Assembly: GCA_000004985.1 (NCBI GenBank)
Contig: GG738922.1
Strand: one strand, 5' to 3'
Length of the DNA: 64,000 bases
Source: Naegleria gruberi
Taxonomy: Eukaryota
The notes beneath the pieces are model-generated. The model was not told the origin of the DNA and did not search any database. It was given only the letters and a program-made list of their open reading frames with translations. The translations under genes were made by a program, and so were the position numbers. Below are positions 40,713 through 51,700 of the stretch, in pieces (the first letter of the stretch is position 1; the number at the start of each line of letters is the position of its first letter).

Positions 40713-42975
40713 ATGCCGAACATTAATAACAATGCCACTTCTGCACTACCCCGTAGAAGGCATCAACAGAATGAAAAATTGATGGAAAAGAAGAGTGAGG
40801 AAAAGTATAAGGATGCTAAAACAAAGTTAACAAAAAAGTTGTTTAAGGAAGCCGCCGAGGATTTGACGGAAGCCATTAATTTTAGACCTCTTCCAAAGTT
40901 TCATTTTCTCAGAGGAAATTGTTATAGACACACTCAGGATTATGACAGAGCAATATTGGATTACACTATTGCTATTGATACACAAGAGGAAGCAGCCTTT
41001 TATTTGGCAAGAGGAAAATGTTTTAGAACAATTGGAAAAATCAACAAATCAATAGCTGACTTTGATAGAGGTATTGATATTCTTTCTAGACCTTCAGCTC
41101 TTCAACCAACAGTCAATGTATCATCACTAAACAACTCGAGAGTGGTGGTGGACACTGCATCATCAACAAATCTCGGATCTGAAAATCAATCAATCCTGTT
41201 TCAACTCTATGTAGATAGAGGTTTAAGTTATTATGAAAAAGGAGAAAAGAAATTAGCTATTGAAAATTATGGAAAAGCTATCCTAATGAATGTTACAAAA
41301 CAGCAAAGTTTGTTTAAGGCATACTTCCACAGAGGTAATACTCTCAGAGAATGTGGAGAGCTCGATGCCTCCATCGAAGATCTCACTAAGGCCGCAGACT
41401 TAGATCCTAAAAATGCAGCAGTTCACAACAATTTAGGTTTAAGTTTCTTTGAAAAGAGAAACTTTCCAGGAGCAGAAAAGCGTTTTACTCTTTCTATTGA
41501 AAACGATCCAACAAAGGGAATGTAAGTGTTTTATTTTTGGGTTCAAAAGTACTAATTCAATGAATAGATATCACAACAATCGAGGTCTTGCATACTACAA
41601 GCTGAAAGCATTTGAAAAGGCAATAGAAGACTTTTCTTGTGCTCTCAATCTCGATCCAGATGATGGTAATATTTACTTCAACAGAGGTAACACATTGTTG
41701 GCAATGAAGAGGTATGAAGAAGCCTTACAAGATTTTAACCTTGCTATCAATAAGGTTGATACCGATGAAAACTATTTCCATTGTAAAGGTATTGCTTATC
41801 AGGAAATGAATGATATTCCTCAAGCCATTCAAATGTTCAAAAAAGCTCTTGAAATTAATGAAAAGAGTGTTCAAAGCTTGTACCATCTTGGTTTAATGTA
41901 CCATATTAATAATCAACTGTTTGAAGCCAAAAAACAATTTACCAAGGCGCTAGAACTAGTTCATGACCATAGAATTTACGAGAGCAGAGGTTTAGTTTAC
42001 ATGGATCTGCTGTATTACGAGTTGGCAATTCAAGATTTTTCAGCCGCAATAAGAATTGTTCCCGATTCTCCAAATAATTTCTTCCACAGAGGTAAATGCT
42101 TCCTGTGGTTGGAAAGATATACTGAAGCTGTTGAGGATTTTAATACAGCATTCAAACAACACTGTGACGACCCACAAGTGTTTAATGCAAGAGCTATGGC
42201 TTATAAGCATTTGAAAAAGCATGATGAAGCTATTTCTGATTTATCCTCTGCAATTAAGTCTGATGAGAACAATGTTGAATATTACTTTAACAGATCTCAA
42301 TGTTTTTTCGATTTGAAGAATTATAGACAAGCTTTGAAAGACTTGGATACAAGTTTAGAAATTGAAAAATCAGAACCAAAGCTATACTATCTCAGAGGGT
42401 TGACTTATTATGAAATGAAGAATTATAAGATGGCTATCAAGGATTTCAAAGGTGCTCTAAGGTTGAAGAATCCTCAAACTGGCGCGCTGATTTCTTCATT
42501 TGTTCAAGGTGAGCCAACCTTTGGTCATGATTGTTTCTATCACATGGGATTGTGTTATTGTTTCCTTGAGAAGTATGAATACGCTGTAGAATCATTTTCA
42601 AAAGCTGTCGACCTCATATCAGATAAGGAGAATGTTCATACCAAAGAGTCGTCTGCTGCTTTAATAATCGATGATAACATGTTACATGCAGTTTATCACC
42701 ACGAAAGAGCCAAAGCATACCAAATAATAGGAATGAACGAAAGAGCATTGGAGGATTTCACAACAGTTATCAAATATCAACCAGACAATGCACATGCATA
42801 CTTTAGGCGAGCTTTTGCATGGAAAGCTCTTGAGAGATTTGAGGAGGCTGCTGAAGATTTTGAGAAGGCAAAATCTCTGCAACCCAATAACCCTAATTTA
42901 GTAGTCAACTACAAGAAGATATACGATATTGCATTTGTAGAGCTATGTAAACCAGGTTCAGAGCACCTTTATTAA
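40713..42975 (+). CDS. tetratricopeptide-repeat (TPR) protein; 2 exons (40713..41521, 41568..42975), intron 41522..41567
   Basis: True ATG is at 40713 (A8 leader); the track start at 40668 is TTG. At least 12 34-aa TPR units (e.g. AYFHRGNTLRECGELDASIEDLTKAADLDPKNA, AHAYFRRAFAWKALERFEEAAEDFEKAKSLQPNN). Exon 1 ends ..DPTKG-AT|GTAAGT. A 46-nt intron (branch-like TACTAAT) with tgaatag acceptor continues the frame of track ORF 41449..42975. Confidence 0.75.
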
Positions 42976-43162
42976 TATTTTTTAAGGTGTCGATATCAGA
43001 TCTTATCATCTTGCTTGAGTAGAAACTTATTTGATTGTAGAATAGTACTTCACCATTTCTATTAACGAAAATGAATGTTGTACTACCAGAAACATTCAAA
43101 TAACCAATATTGGAAAACAGAATTTAGTAAACTAAAAAGTAGAGTTGTGGAAACTTTACTAC

Positions 43163-44350
43163 TTAATTATATAAACTCAACTGGTTTTGTCTCGAAACAC
43201 ATAGCGATTCTAATTTGTCTGCCAAAAGTACATTACTAGTAGAGCTAAATCTGAATCTAATAAGTTTGGAGCTGTTCTCTATCAATGAAGAAACATCGTA
43301 CATGCTTTCTATACATAAAACAGTCAGTTCTTCCAAGTAAGGTGAGCTCAAACCAGTGAAATCAATAACACAGTTTGGATCTTTGATAAACTCTCCCTTT
43401 CTTGTTGGTGGTGTATAAACAGCATTGGTGAACTGACATGTGGATATGTATAATGATTTCAGATTAGGGAAATGACCCAAAAATCTGTTCATAGTCTCGT
43501 TATCAATATTTTTAACACAGCTTAATTGAAGTGTGTGAACATTTCTATAACTATCAATAAATCTTGGATTTGCAGAAAAGGCATCCTTATCATCATTCGT
43601 TACAATAATCTTACCATATTGTGGAAATCTTTCCAAAAATTTATGCTCCAAACATCTATTATTAATTAATTTCAAGCTCGTTAGTGGAGACAGGTCACCT
43701 CTCACATCAAAATGTTGATTTAAAATATACAGTTGAGGAATTTGAACTATAGTAAGTTTTGGAAATGTGGCAAGAATAGGTTCCCAATACCATGAAAAAG
43801 CATGTTTTGGTGGAAAGATTATTTTTGGCTTTTCTTGAGTTTGTTGTTTTGGTTTTTTGTGGTCTTCTGGGAAGTAACTATCATCTAATTCGCCATCACC
43901 ATCCTCATCAATCACCATTGGAACAAAGAAAAAGTGAGTTAAATTATCTTGTAAATCCTTATATATCTTTCTATTAGTTCCTCGCATTAAATATATTACA
44001 CTTCTAATATCCAAAAATTGACAAATAGATGAAGCAATTAATTCTGTTGGTAGAGTAAATAATTGATCAGTTTTAGTATTTGATCTATTGTTCTTTGATA
44101 CTTTATAGGCAGAATCTACCAGTTTATCCCTCCATAAATTTTCATTTGGCCATTTGATTCTTTCATTGATGGCTTGTATTGGTTTTTGCTCGTCTGATGA
44201 CATTTTAGTTTGAGTTGTTAACTCCTTTCTGCCACCACTATTCTTTGTGCTACCTCTATGTTTCTTACTTGTTGTTTGTGGTTCATAGTCATCGTCTAAC
44301 ATTCCCAAATGATGTTCATCATTCTCACAAGTTGTTGATGATTGTCCCAT
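43163..44350 (-). CDS. F-box-like domain protein, hypothetical
   Basis: ATG at 44350. LFTLPTELIASSICQFLDIRSVIYLMRGTNRKIY is F-box-like. 395-aa continuous ORF. Confidence 0.55.
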   Translation of the reverse strand: MGQSSTTCENDEHHLGMLDDDYEPQTTSKKHRGSTKNSGGRKELTTQTKMSSDEQKPIQAINERIKWPNENLWRDKLVDSAYKVSKNNRSNTKTDQLFTLPTELIASSICQFLDIRSVIYLMRGTNRKIYKDLQDNLTHFFFVPMVIDEDGDGELDDSYFPEDHKKPKQQTQEKPKIIFPPKHAFSWYWEPILATFPKLTIVQIPQLYILNQHFDVRGDLSPLTSLKLINNRCLEHKFLERFPQYGKIIVTNDDKDAFSANPRFIDSYRNVHTLQLSCVKNIDNETMNRFLGHFPNLKSLYISTCQFTNAVYTPPTRKGEFIKDPNCVIDFTGLSSPYLEELTVLCIESMYDVSSLIENSSKLIRFRFSSTSNVLLADKLESLCVSRQNQLSLYN

Positions 44351-44928
44351 ATTGATGATGATCTAATTATTATTATTATTCAATGATCCGAATATTTAAA
44401 TAATATATAATACAAATAATATATTTATAATAATCACAACAGTAAAATATTTGCAAATAATATTATTGATGATAAAAACGAATATGTACACTCTTTAACA
44501 CTCTCCAAAAAATCCTCTTGTGATTAAAAAGAACTCTCTGTTGATAACTGCTCTTGCAATCGTCGAAATGGGGAGAGGAGAATTTTTTTGCGTTTATTTT
44601 TTATTGAGCGCCAACTTTCCAACTCATGGAGTTTGCTTTACAATTAGTGGTTTGATAGAACTTTGCTTTCCTACTCTGTGAATTGTTGATAATTTGGATA
44701 ATTTGAAGGATGAATGGAGGGTCATTCGAAAGGCTTTCAATGGTTGGCAGTAAATTGGAAACAAGTTCCTTCCTTTCCTTCAATCTAGCTCACCAAAAGA
44801 TTGTGAACCAACAAGTTCACACGTCCCAACAAGACAAAAGAAACAGCATTCTTTTCTAGGATGGTTTATTTACAGTGCTCATTAGAGCTTAATGATGAAT
44901 TTAAGACAGAGTTCAAGTTCAACATAAA

Positions 44929-45801
44929 ATGTCTACAGAGCAAATCTATGTGAATGCGTACAATCATCAAACTCCTCAACAACATGCAATGATGATGAAT
45001 AATGCAAATGGTTATCCTCAACAAGTCAAGAGTCCATCACATCAAATGGAGCAGCCAGGAATTTACAATCCTCCTCAAATGATGATGAATACTTCATTAG
45101 CAAATAATTCACAACACTCGGTGAGCCTTATTGATCAGATATTCGGACCCAATTCCAAAGCAAAGGTGAAGCAAAGAATAGAACCATTTGAATTATTAAC
45201 TGGATTCGAGACTGAGAATAAGTATGATATAAATTTTGACAATGGATATATGGCTGTCGCTTTGGAAGAATCAGATTGTTGTGCTAGACAATATTGTGGG
45301 CCAAAGAGACCTTTCAAGATGCATATTGCTTTGAAAGTAAGTTGCTTTATGATTCTTATTCCGATTATTAATATCCAAAATTAGCAAAACAAGCAAGAAT
45401 TTCTAACACTTGATAGACCCTATTGTCACTTCTTTCATGAAGTTAATGTGTATGATACAGCCACGAATCAGGTTCTGGGACAAGTTGAATTAAGGTTTAC
45501 GTTATTTTCAAGGGAGCTTAATGTTTTTGATCCGGAAGGAGTGAAAATGTTTGAAATTGTTTCATCTTGTTGTGAATGTTGGACCTTTCACATTGAAAAA
45601 GATGGTGAACGAGTGGGTAAGATTAGCAAGAAGTGGAGTGGTTTTGTGAAGGAAGCATTTACAGATGCCGATAACTTTGGAATTGAATTCCCAGACAGGG
45701 CAACTCCAAAGCAAAAAGCAGTCTTGTTGGGAGCTCTCTTCCTCATTGACTTTCTATACTTTGAATCAAATGAGGACAACAATAAAAATGATCACTACTA
45801 A
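44929..45801 (+). CDS. phospholipid scramblase (PLSCR family); 2 exons (44929..45336, 45385..45801), intron 45337..45384
   Basis: Exon 1 has LLTGFETENKYDINFDNGYMAVALEESDCCARQYCGPKRPFKMHIALK (compare scramblase LTGFETNNKYEI..AEDTDCCTRNCCGPSRPF). A 48-nt GTAAGT..aaaattag intron leads to exon 2 [68 protein letters not shown] (compare [43 protein letters not shown]). Q/M-rich N-terminus. Confidence 0.8.
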
Positions 45802-45831
45802 CTCGAGATTCAAAAAGACACAAACGTTTAT

Positions 45832-47241
45832 TTACATCAAATATTCAAAGGAAAATGGCTCAGTTGTTGGATTAGAGGCATCATCGTTGAATTCCCCAAC
45901 ATGAGACGACACTTGAGAGTTTAATTTTTCAAGTTGTTCGATTGGGTTGAGCTTTTTCTTTTGAGGAGAAGGATTGCTGTTTGAAGAGCTAGCACCTGCT
46001 GCGTTATTGGAATTACTGGAAGGTGTAGGTGTGGAAGAGGATGAAGAACTGCCGGAGGAAGCATTGGTTGAGTTACTAGAAGCTTGACTTGCACTAGAAG
46101 CTTGTGCTGGTTGTTGGCTGCTCACATCTGCTCCCTTAGCTACAGCAACTTGTTGAACTGGTTGTCTGTATTGAGCAGGATAATAAGAGGAAGGATAACC
46201 ACCATATCCATAGGTTGTAGCTGCAGGATAACCACCATATGCTCCATAGCCAGTTGCAGCAGGAGCAGCAGGATAACCGCCATATGCTCCATAGCCATTG
46301 TAATAATTTGCTGGAGCTGCTCCATATCCATAACCACCGTAATTGGATGGATAATTGGCTGGATAATAAGATGGATTGACTGGAGCAACAGCTGTAGCAG
46401 TAACAGCACCAGCAGGAGGAGCACCATTGGAATAGTAAGCTGTTGGAGTTCCACCAGCTCCATAGTAAGTAGCAACGGGAGTTGTTTGGACATAGTTTGT
46501 GCCAGCATAACCAGTTTGTTCCAAAACATCAATCTTTCTATAGTATTCAATTGTGATACTCAAATAGTACATGTAACCATTCCAGTTTTGAACCTTGGCA
46601 ACTTCAACCACTCTCTTTGAGTATTCATAGACTTGTAAAATGTACTTTCTATAGGTGGATGGAGCAAATGTTCTGTACTTGTAGAGGTACTTGGCATGGT
46701 TGGCTAAATTGTTAGCATACTTTTTGGCAATTTGAGGGTATTGAGAATCCTCCCCATGAGTATTCACCTTATCACCATAGAATTTAACATAATTCAAATC
46801 ATTGTCTAATAAGCTCTTATAGTATGAATAGGGATTGAATGATAATTGTTGTGATGGTTGTTCTTGTTGTGCTTGTTGTGTTGAAGAGTCAGGTTGTTTT
46901 GAATCAGGAGGAGGAACAGGAGTTGGAGCAGCATGACTACTACCACTACTTTTATCACCTCTATGAGGAGTGTAGGTTTCTTTATGACCACCTTGATATT
47001 CAATGCAATTCTCATATTCTACATCCTGGTCGTCATCCTTAAATTCATTCTCGTCGACTGGAATGTCATCAACGAATTCATCATCTTCTGCTCTTATGAT
47101 ATCATCATAGATTTCTGATTCTTCAAATCTTCTCACTTTCTTGATTCGATTCTTGTTCTGAGCAAAGCAAAAGCAGCATAGCAAAACTAGTATAAAGAGT
47201 GCGAATAATAGAATTCGAATGAGTGAGTGATTGGATTTCAT
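45832..47241 (-). CDS. secreted protein with acidic region, Tyr-rich globular segment and G/Y/A/P-rich repetitive region (structural or wall-like), hypothetical
   Basis: ATG at 47241. Signal/anchor helix LIRILLFALFILVLLCCFCFA, then a D/E-rich stretch, then repeats such as GYGAYGGYPAAPAATGYGAYGGYPAATTYGYGGYP, then an S-rich tail. 469-aa continuous ORF. Confidence 0.5.
   Translation of the reverse strand: MKSNHSLIRILLFALFILVLLCCFCFAQNKNRIKKVRRFEESEIYDDIIRAEDDEFVDDIPVDENEFKDDDQDVEYENCIEYQGGHKETYTPHRGDKSSGSSHAAPTPVPPPDSKQPDSSTQQAQQEQPSQQLSFNPYSYYKSLLDNDLNYVKFYGDKVNTHGEDSQYPQIAKKYANNLANHAKYLYKYRTFAPSTYRKYILQVYEYSKRVVEVAKVQNWNGYMYYLSITIEYYRKIDVLEQTGYAGTNYVQTTPVATYYGAGGTPTAYYSNGAPPAGAVTATAVAPVNPSYYPANYPSNYGGYGYGAAPANYYNGYGAYGGYPAAPAATGYGAYGGYPAATTYGYGGYPSSYYPAQYRQPVQQVAVAKGADVSSQQPAQASSASQASSNSTNASSGSSSSSSTPTPSSNSNNAAGASSSNSNPSPQKKKLNPIEQLEKLNSQVSSHVGEFNDDASNPTTEPFSFEYLM
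46150..46480 (-). repeat. in-frame G/Y/A/P-rich degenerate tandem repeat (low complexity)
   Basis: Recurrent GGATAACCACCATATGC / CCATAGCC-type units on the plus strand encode YGGYP/AYGGYPAA repeats. Confidence 0.5.
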
Positions 47242-47503
47242 TTTTCAATGAAGTTATCTAATCACTGTTTTGTTTTAAGAATGTATTTGTTGGGTATATA
47301 TTAATTTGATAAAATGTATGGTGATTAGCCAAAATGGATAATTAGAGTATTAAGAAACTTCCTATAAACTTGAAAACTTTCCATTTTCTAATAAAGGAAT
47401 GCTACATTTAAAGAAATTTACAATTTTCACAAAACGCTGTTTACTAATTTACAAAAGACTTGTTACCCCAGTTCCTCTTTGATATATGACTTGAAAAGAT
47501 TAA

Positions 47504-47986
47504 TTACAATATTTGTAAAAATAACTTACGATAGCCCCAGAAAATTGACCAAATCCAACCTATTTGTTCATAATTAACAATAACATTATTTTGACACATT
47601 ATATTCCTCATTGTGATCTACTTACCAACAATAATAAAAGCAGTAATGAATTGCAATAAGGCAGATACACCATTAAATGTTAATACATCATCATCCTCAC
47701 AATAGAAAGCAGCAACCTAATAAATTGTATTAATAATAAATAATAAACAAATTATTGATCTAATAATCAACGTACCAAAGTACCAATACCTGGCAAGAAA
47801 ATATTCAAAATTAAAACAATGAGTGGTAAATTGCCCTTCAATTTTGGTACATTTTTCATGAAGAAGGCCATTCCTCCAGCTGTTCCCTAATCACTCCGAT
47901 CACAAAATTATTTAATTTTCAATAACTATTGAACAATATTTAATTAAACCTACAGAGGCTCCAAACATTCCGATAAGTGCAGACAT
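47504..47986 (-). CDS. small (96 aa) multi-pass membrane protein, possibly Stum/SPEC3-like; 4 exons (47954..47986, 47776..47886, 47626..47716, 47504..47559)
   Basis: Not in the ORF track. Three GT..AG introns (GTAGGT 67 nt, GTACGT 59 nt, GTAAGT 66 nt) give MSALIGMFGASGTAGGMAFFMKNVPKLKGNLPLIVLILNIFLPGIGTLVAAFYCEDDDVLTFNGVSALLQFITAFIIVGWIWSIFWGYRKLFLQIL*. The hydrophobic helices and the LPGIGT..GWIWSIxWG pattern recall the Stum/SPEC3 C-terminal domain. The family call is from memory. Confidence 0.45.
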
Positions 47987-48094
47987 TGTTGATGAGATTG
48001 TTTATTCGTTGTTGAATATTTTTTCTGTTGATGGGTTTTATGAAAAGGACTTTTTCAAATTAGATTCGTTTTGGAATAATTTCGTAAAGCAGCT

Positions 48095-51004
48095 TCAAAC
48101 AGTTGGTTGCACTTTTACATGTAATGAGGTAGTTTTTCTAAGGACACAACAACATATGCAAGCGCCTAAACACAGAACAGACAACAAGCAAAATGCAACA
48201 AATCCAATAGTGAGGAGTACTCCAATAGTTACGATGGAAATACTGCTGTTTGTCTTGTCTAAGAGCATACAAACTGAGGAATCCTCAAGTTTCATACTCT
48301 TTGATCTGGTGAGAACAAGACCATACTTTTGAGTCTGTGTTGTTGCTTCAGCAGTTACTTTTACCATTATAATGGAAGAAGAGTCGAATCCTGTAATTGT
48401 AACTCTCTCAACATTATTTTGGCTGTCTTTTTCTGTTAAACCATTTGCAAACACTCTCTTACTCATTTTCCCATCTTCAAATACAGTTACAATCATATCC
48501 AAATCTGAGTATAGAGTAGGAACACTATTTGCTTGATTTGGAGCATCGTACCATGCAATAGTTGCTTTCAGGAATGAGTTTGCATCCCTTGAGTTTGTGG
48601 AATAGCAATGCACATTTACACCTCCTCCTGTAATCTCTTGACGATCAAAAAGATCCAATATGAATGTTGAATCGTCGAACTCTAGAATATTTGACAACCC
48701 TATTGCCCCAAAACCTTCGTACTTATTGGGGGTGTCTTTGTTTCCAAGAGCAACAACAAAACTATCACTTCCATCCAAACTTACAGCTCCATTCAAAGAT
48801 GTGCAGCTATTTATAAGAGCTGCTTTAATTAATGGACCAGAAGGATTTGCAAGACCTTTCAACTTTCGCATGTATTCTCTAATTAAGGCTATTGACCCAG
48901 AAACCTAATTGAACGTAAAGTTAGAATTGAATCAATAGAAGACTTACTATTGGTGTTGACATGGATGTTCCAGTAGATACCTTTAGAGCAGCATCATTTG
49001 TGGCATTGGGATATATGTTTCCACACTGATTTGTTGACAAGCTACCGTCGGATCTAGTCGAAACAACTCGATCTCCAACAGCAACACCTTTTTGGGTTAA
49101 TTGATAAATTTCAATAAACTTACAATCTGGTTTCATTCTATTACCAGTTGCCGGGCCTCTAGCAGAAAAGAAAGCAACATTATTCTGATTATAGGAGGTT
49201 TTCAACACTTTCAATTGAGATTCCATTCTCGAAGGACAACAAGAGAAAGAGCAAGAATAATCGGAACAACAAGTATCTGATGTGACACCACAAATCTCTG
49301 ACTCTTCATCGAGGTTAAGGTACTGAATAGAATCTACAAATCCTTGATTGCTTGTCATTGAAGCTCCCACAACAATAGCATTCTTTGAAGTAGTGGCAAT
49401 CGTTCCATCAACAGCAATATTACCCTCGTTTCCAGCAGCAAATACTACCACTGCATCTTGATTCTCATATAAAAAATCATCAATTTGCATGTCTCTCTTT
49501 CCATAGCTATTGCACAATCTGCAACAATCCAATCCGTAGGCAGATTTACATTTTTCATTAGCAACTAATGAGAATTTCTTTCCCAATGAATCATCATCTA
49601 TGAGCAGATAGCACTGACAATCATAAGAGCACGAGAATAATGAAGCATAGGAGCAGGTGTAACTATTGGAGAATATCCGTGAATTAAGATTGTATCCTTG
49701 TAAGAACATTGTTCTAATATCGGATGGTACCAAAAGATCAGATTCGTTTTCATTCTCAATATCTAACATGATAATCTTCGATTTGTAAGCTATACCATTA
49801 TATTCACTCATTGTATTGTTATCTTCCGATTCAAGATTTCCTGCCACAGATCCACACACATGACTAGAATATTAAGAATAAAGCACCAGAAAAAAACTTA
49901 CGTCCCATGTCCATCCAAAGAATCCTTTCCATCCGCTTGTTTACCATTATTACTCATGTTTATGTAGGCTAAAACTTTTCTATGGTCCTTATTAACTTGA
50001 CCTGTTGTAACTGGAAGAGAAGGATCCGAAAAAAAGCAACTATCCCAATCTAGGCCGGTATCTGCCACCGTTATGACTTCTCCCTCTCCTGTGATATTTC
50101 TTTCCCATATTGGATTGGAATTGGTATTTAGCTCACCATCTGTACGAAGACCTTGTGCATGTTTTGTTGCTACTTTGTTAGATGTTCTCATTGGTTCTCT
50201 TCTCTGTATCCACTTTACACTTGGGTTGTCCAAAAGAAATTCGGCTATTCTATCCAAAAACTTAAAAGGGACTTGAATATCTATCATACCATCACCAACA
50301 ATTTCAATTTGATAATTATCTGAATGATATTTCATAAAGGCATTAAAATTAGTTTGAAATCTCTCTGTAACTTTCAGAAGTGAATTGATATCCGTAAGGG
50401 AAGGAATCAGAAGAAGTTCAAGTGCTATTCTACTATCCCTTGTACTGTTTTTAGCTTGTTCATAAATATAAAACATATCAATACTAGTTTTCAGCTCGTT
50501 TTCGAATGATCGTATCCACACAATTTCATTCTCCATCTCTTTGAGCATGTATTGATCTGCTCTAATAAGGTAAATGTTTCCGCTCTTCAATAAATAGGTT
50601 TTTTCAAAATTGTAATGGGTTGTCAGGGTCGAATTTCTGTTCATTCTCTCAACTAATTTGACAATAAATAATTGATCCGTCGTTATTGATCGTTTCATGT
50701 TCAAAATTTCACTTTTCATGTTGTCTTTGTGTGATATTACAACTGTTTTCCTTTTAAATTCAATCAAGTCCACTTGATTGAATGAATCATCTCTAAATAT
50801 TCGATAAGCCTTCTCCATCATCACATCATTCAACACAAATCCATGTTCAAACTTTATCAAGAACACAATCTCAATCATCAATCCGATGATTATCAAACCC
50901 AACACTGCAACAAATAATCTGCTCCACCACGATGAAAATAGCGAGTATATTTTCTTCATATGAGTTGTTCTTTCAATGTTATTATTATTATTATTATTAA
51001 TCAT
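48095..51004 (-). CDS. membrane-anchored subtilisin-like serine protease (peptidase S8); 3 exons (49902..51004, 48948..49863, 48095..48904)
   Basis: ATG at 51004, then an N7 run and N-terminal hydrophobic anchor. Asp-site VITVADTGLDWDSCFF. Exon 1 ends ..DGHG-AC|GTAAGT. A 38-nt intron gives T-HVCGSVAG (His site HGTHVxG). Exon 2 ends at the Ser site GTSMSTPI|GTAAGT. A 43-nt intron gives VSGSIALIREYMRK... The C-terminal TM is IVTIGVLLTIGFVAFCLLSVLCLGACICCCV. Track ORFs 49898..51004, 48921..49859 and 48095..48871 are the three exons. Confidence 0.8.
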
Positions 51005-51700
51005 TCTGTCTTTTGCGCTGCGACCTCATTAAGGCTATTTTTTTTGACACTTTCTAAATTTCGTTAGGGCAGTTTAATGCTTCCCGCCAAAAAAATCCTT
51101 AATAAGTAGCTGTGAAGTGAAGACTTTTTCAAACTCAATGTCCTCTGAGAATATACATTATTCAGCACGAGGTTTTTTGTGAAACCTGGCCAAACAATTC
51201 AAATAGCCAAAAAAATAATTGTTTTGGGTTAATATCGAGTTTCCTGATTGGAAACATACCTCGACTTTCAACGTCTTTTTTAATCTTCATGATCGACCCA
51301 TTGTTGCATTGTGAGAGGTGTGAATGAATACGATTCATACTGGTTTGATCTGTTATCATTCGAACAAATGATTTAAAAGTACATTGAGAAAATATCTTAA
51401 TTGCAATCAGCTAGGGGGTGATATAAATGAAAGGAAAGTTTCAAGGAATGTCGCCTCAAAGGACAATCTGTTATAAAATGTTAACTACTCTTTGGGTAGC
51501 ATAAAATTATGGTAATTACCCAAATTTGTAGTTGTGTGATAGCCAGATTGTGAGTTTTTGGGAATTGAGTGTGTGTTCATGTTTAAATTGAATCGATTGC
51601 ACAATTGATTCATCAAAACAAAGACAAAATATGAAGTAGAATGCTAGATAATGCTTCGATTTGGTTCTTGTCATGCATACTTTGATCGAAAAAAAACAAA

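Noticed and set aside
46084-46620. Plus-strand ORFs 46084..46620, 46839..47042 and 46933..47118, and minus ORFs 46140..46550 and 46806..47015
   Set aside because: They lie antisense to or out of frame within the repeat-rich gene 45832..47241. Open frames are a by-product of repetitive biased composition.
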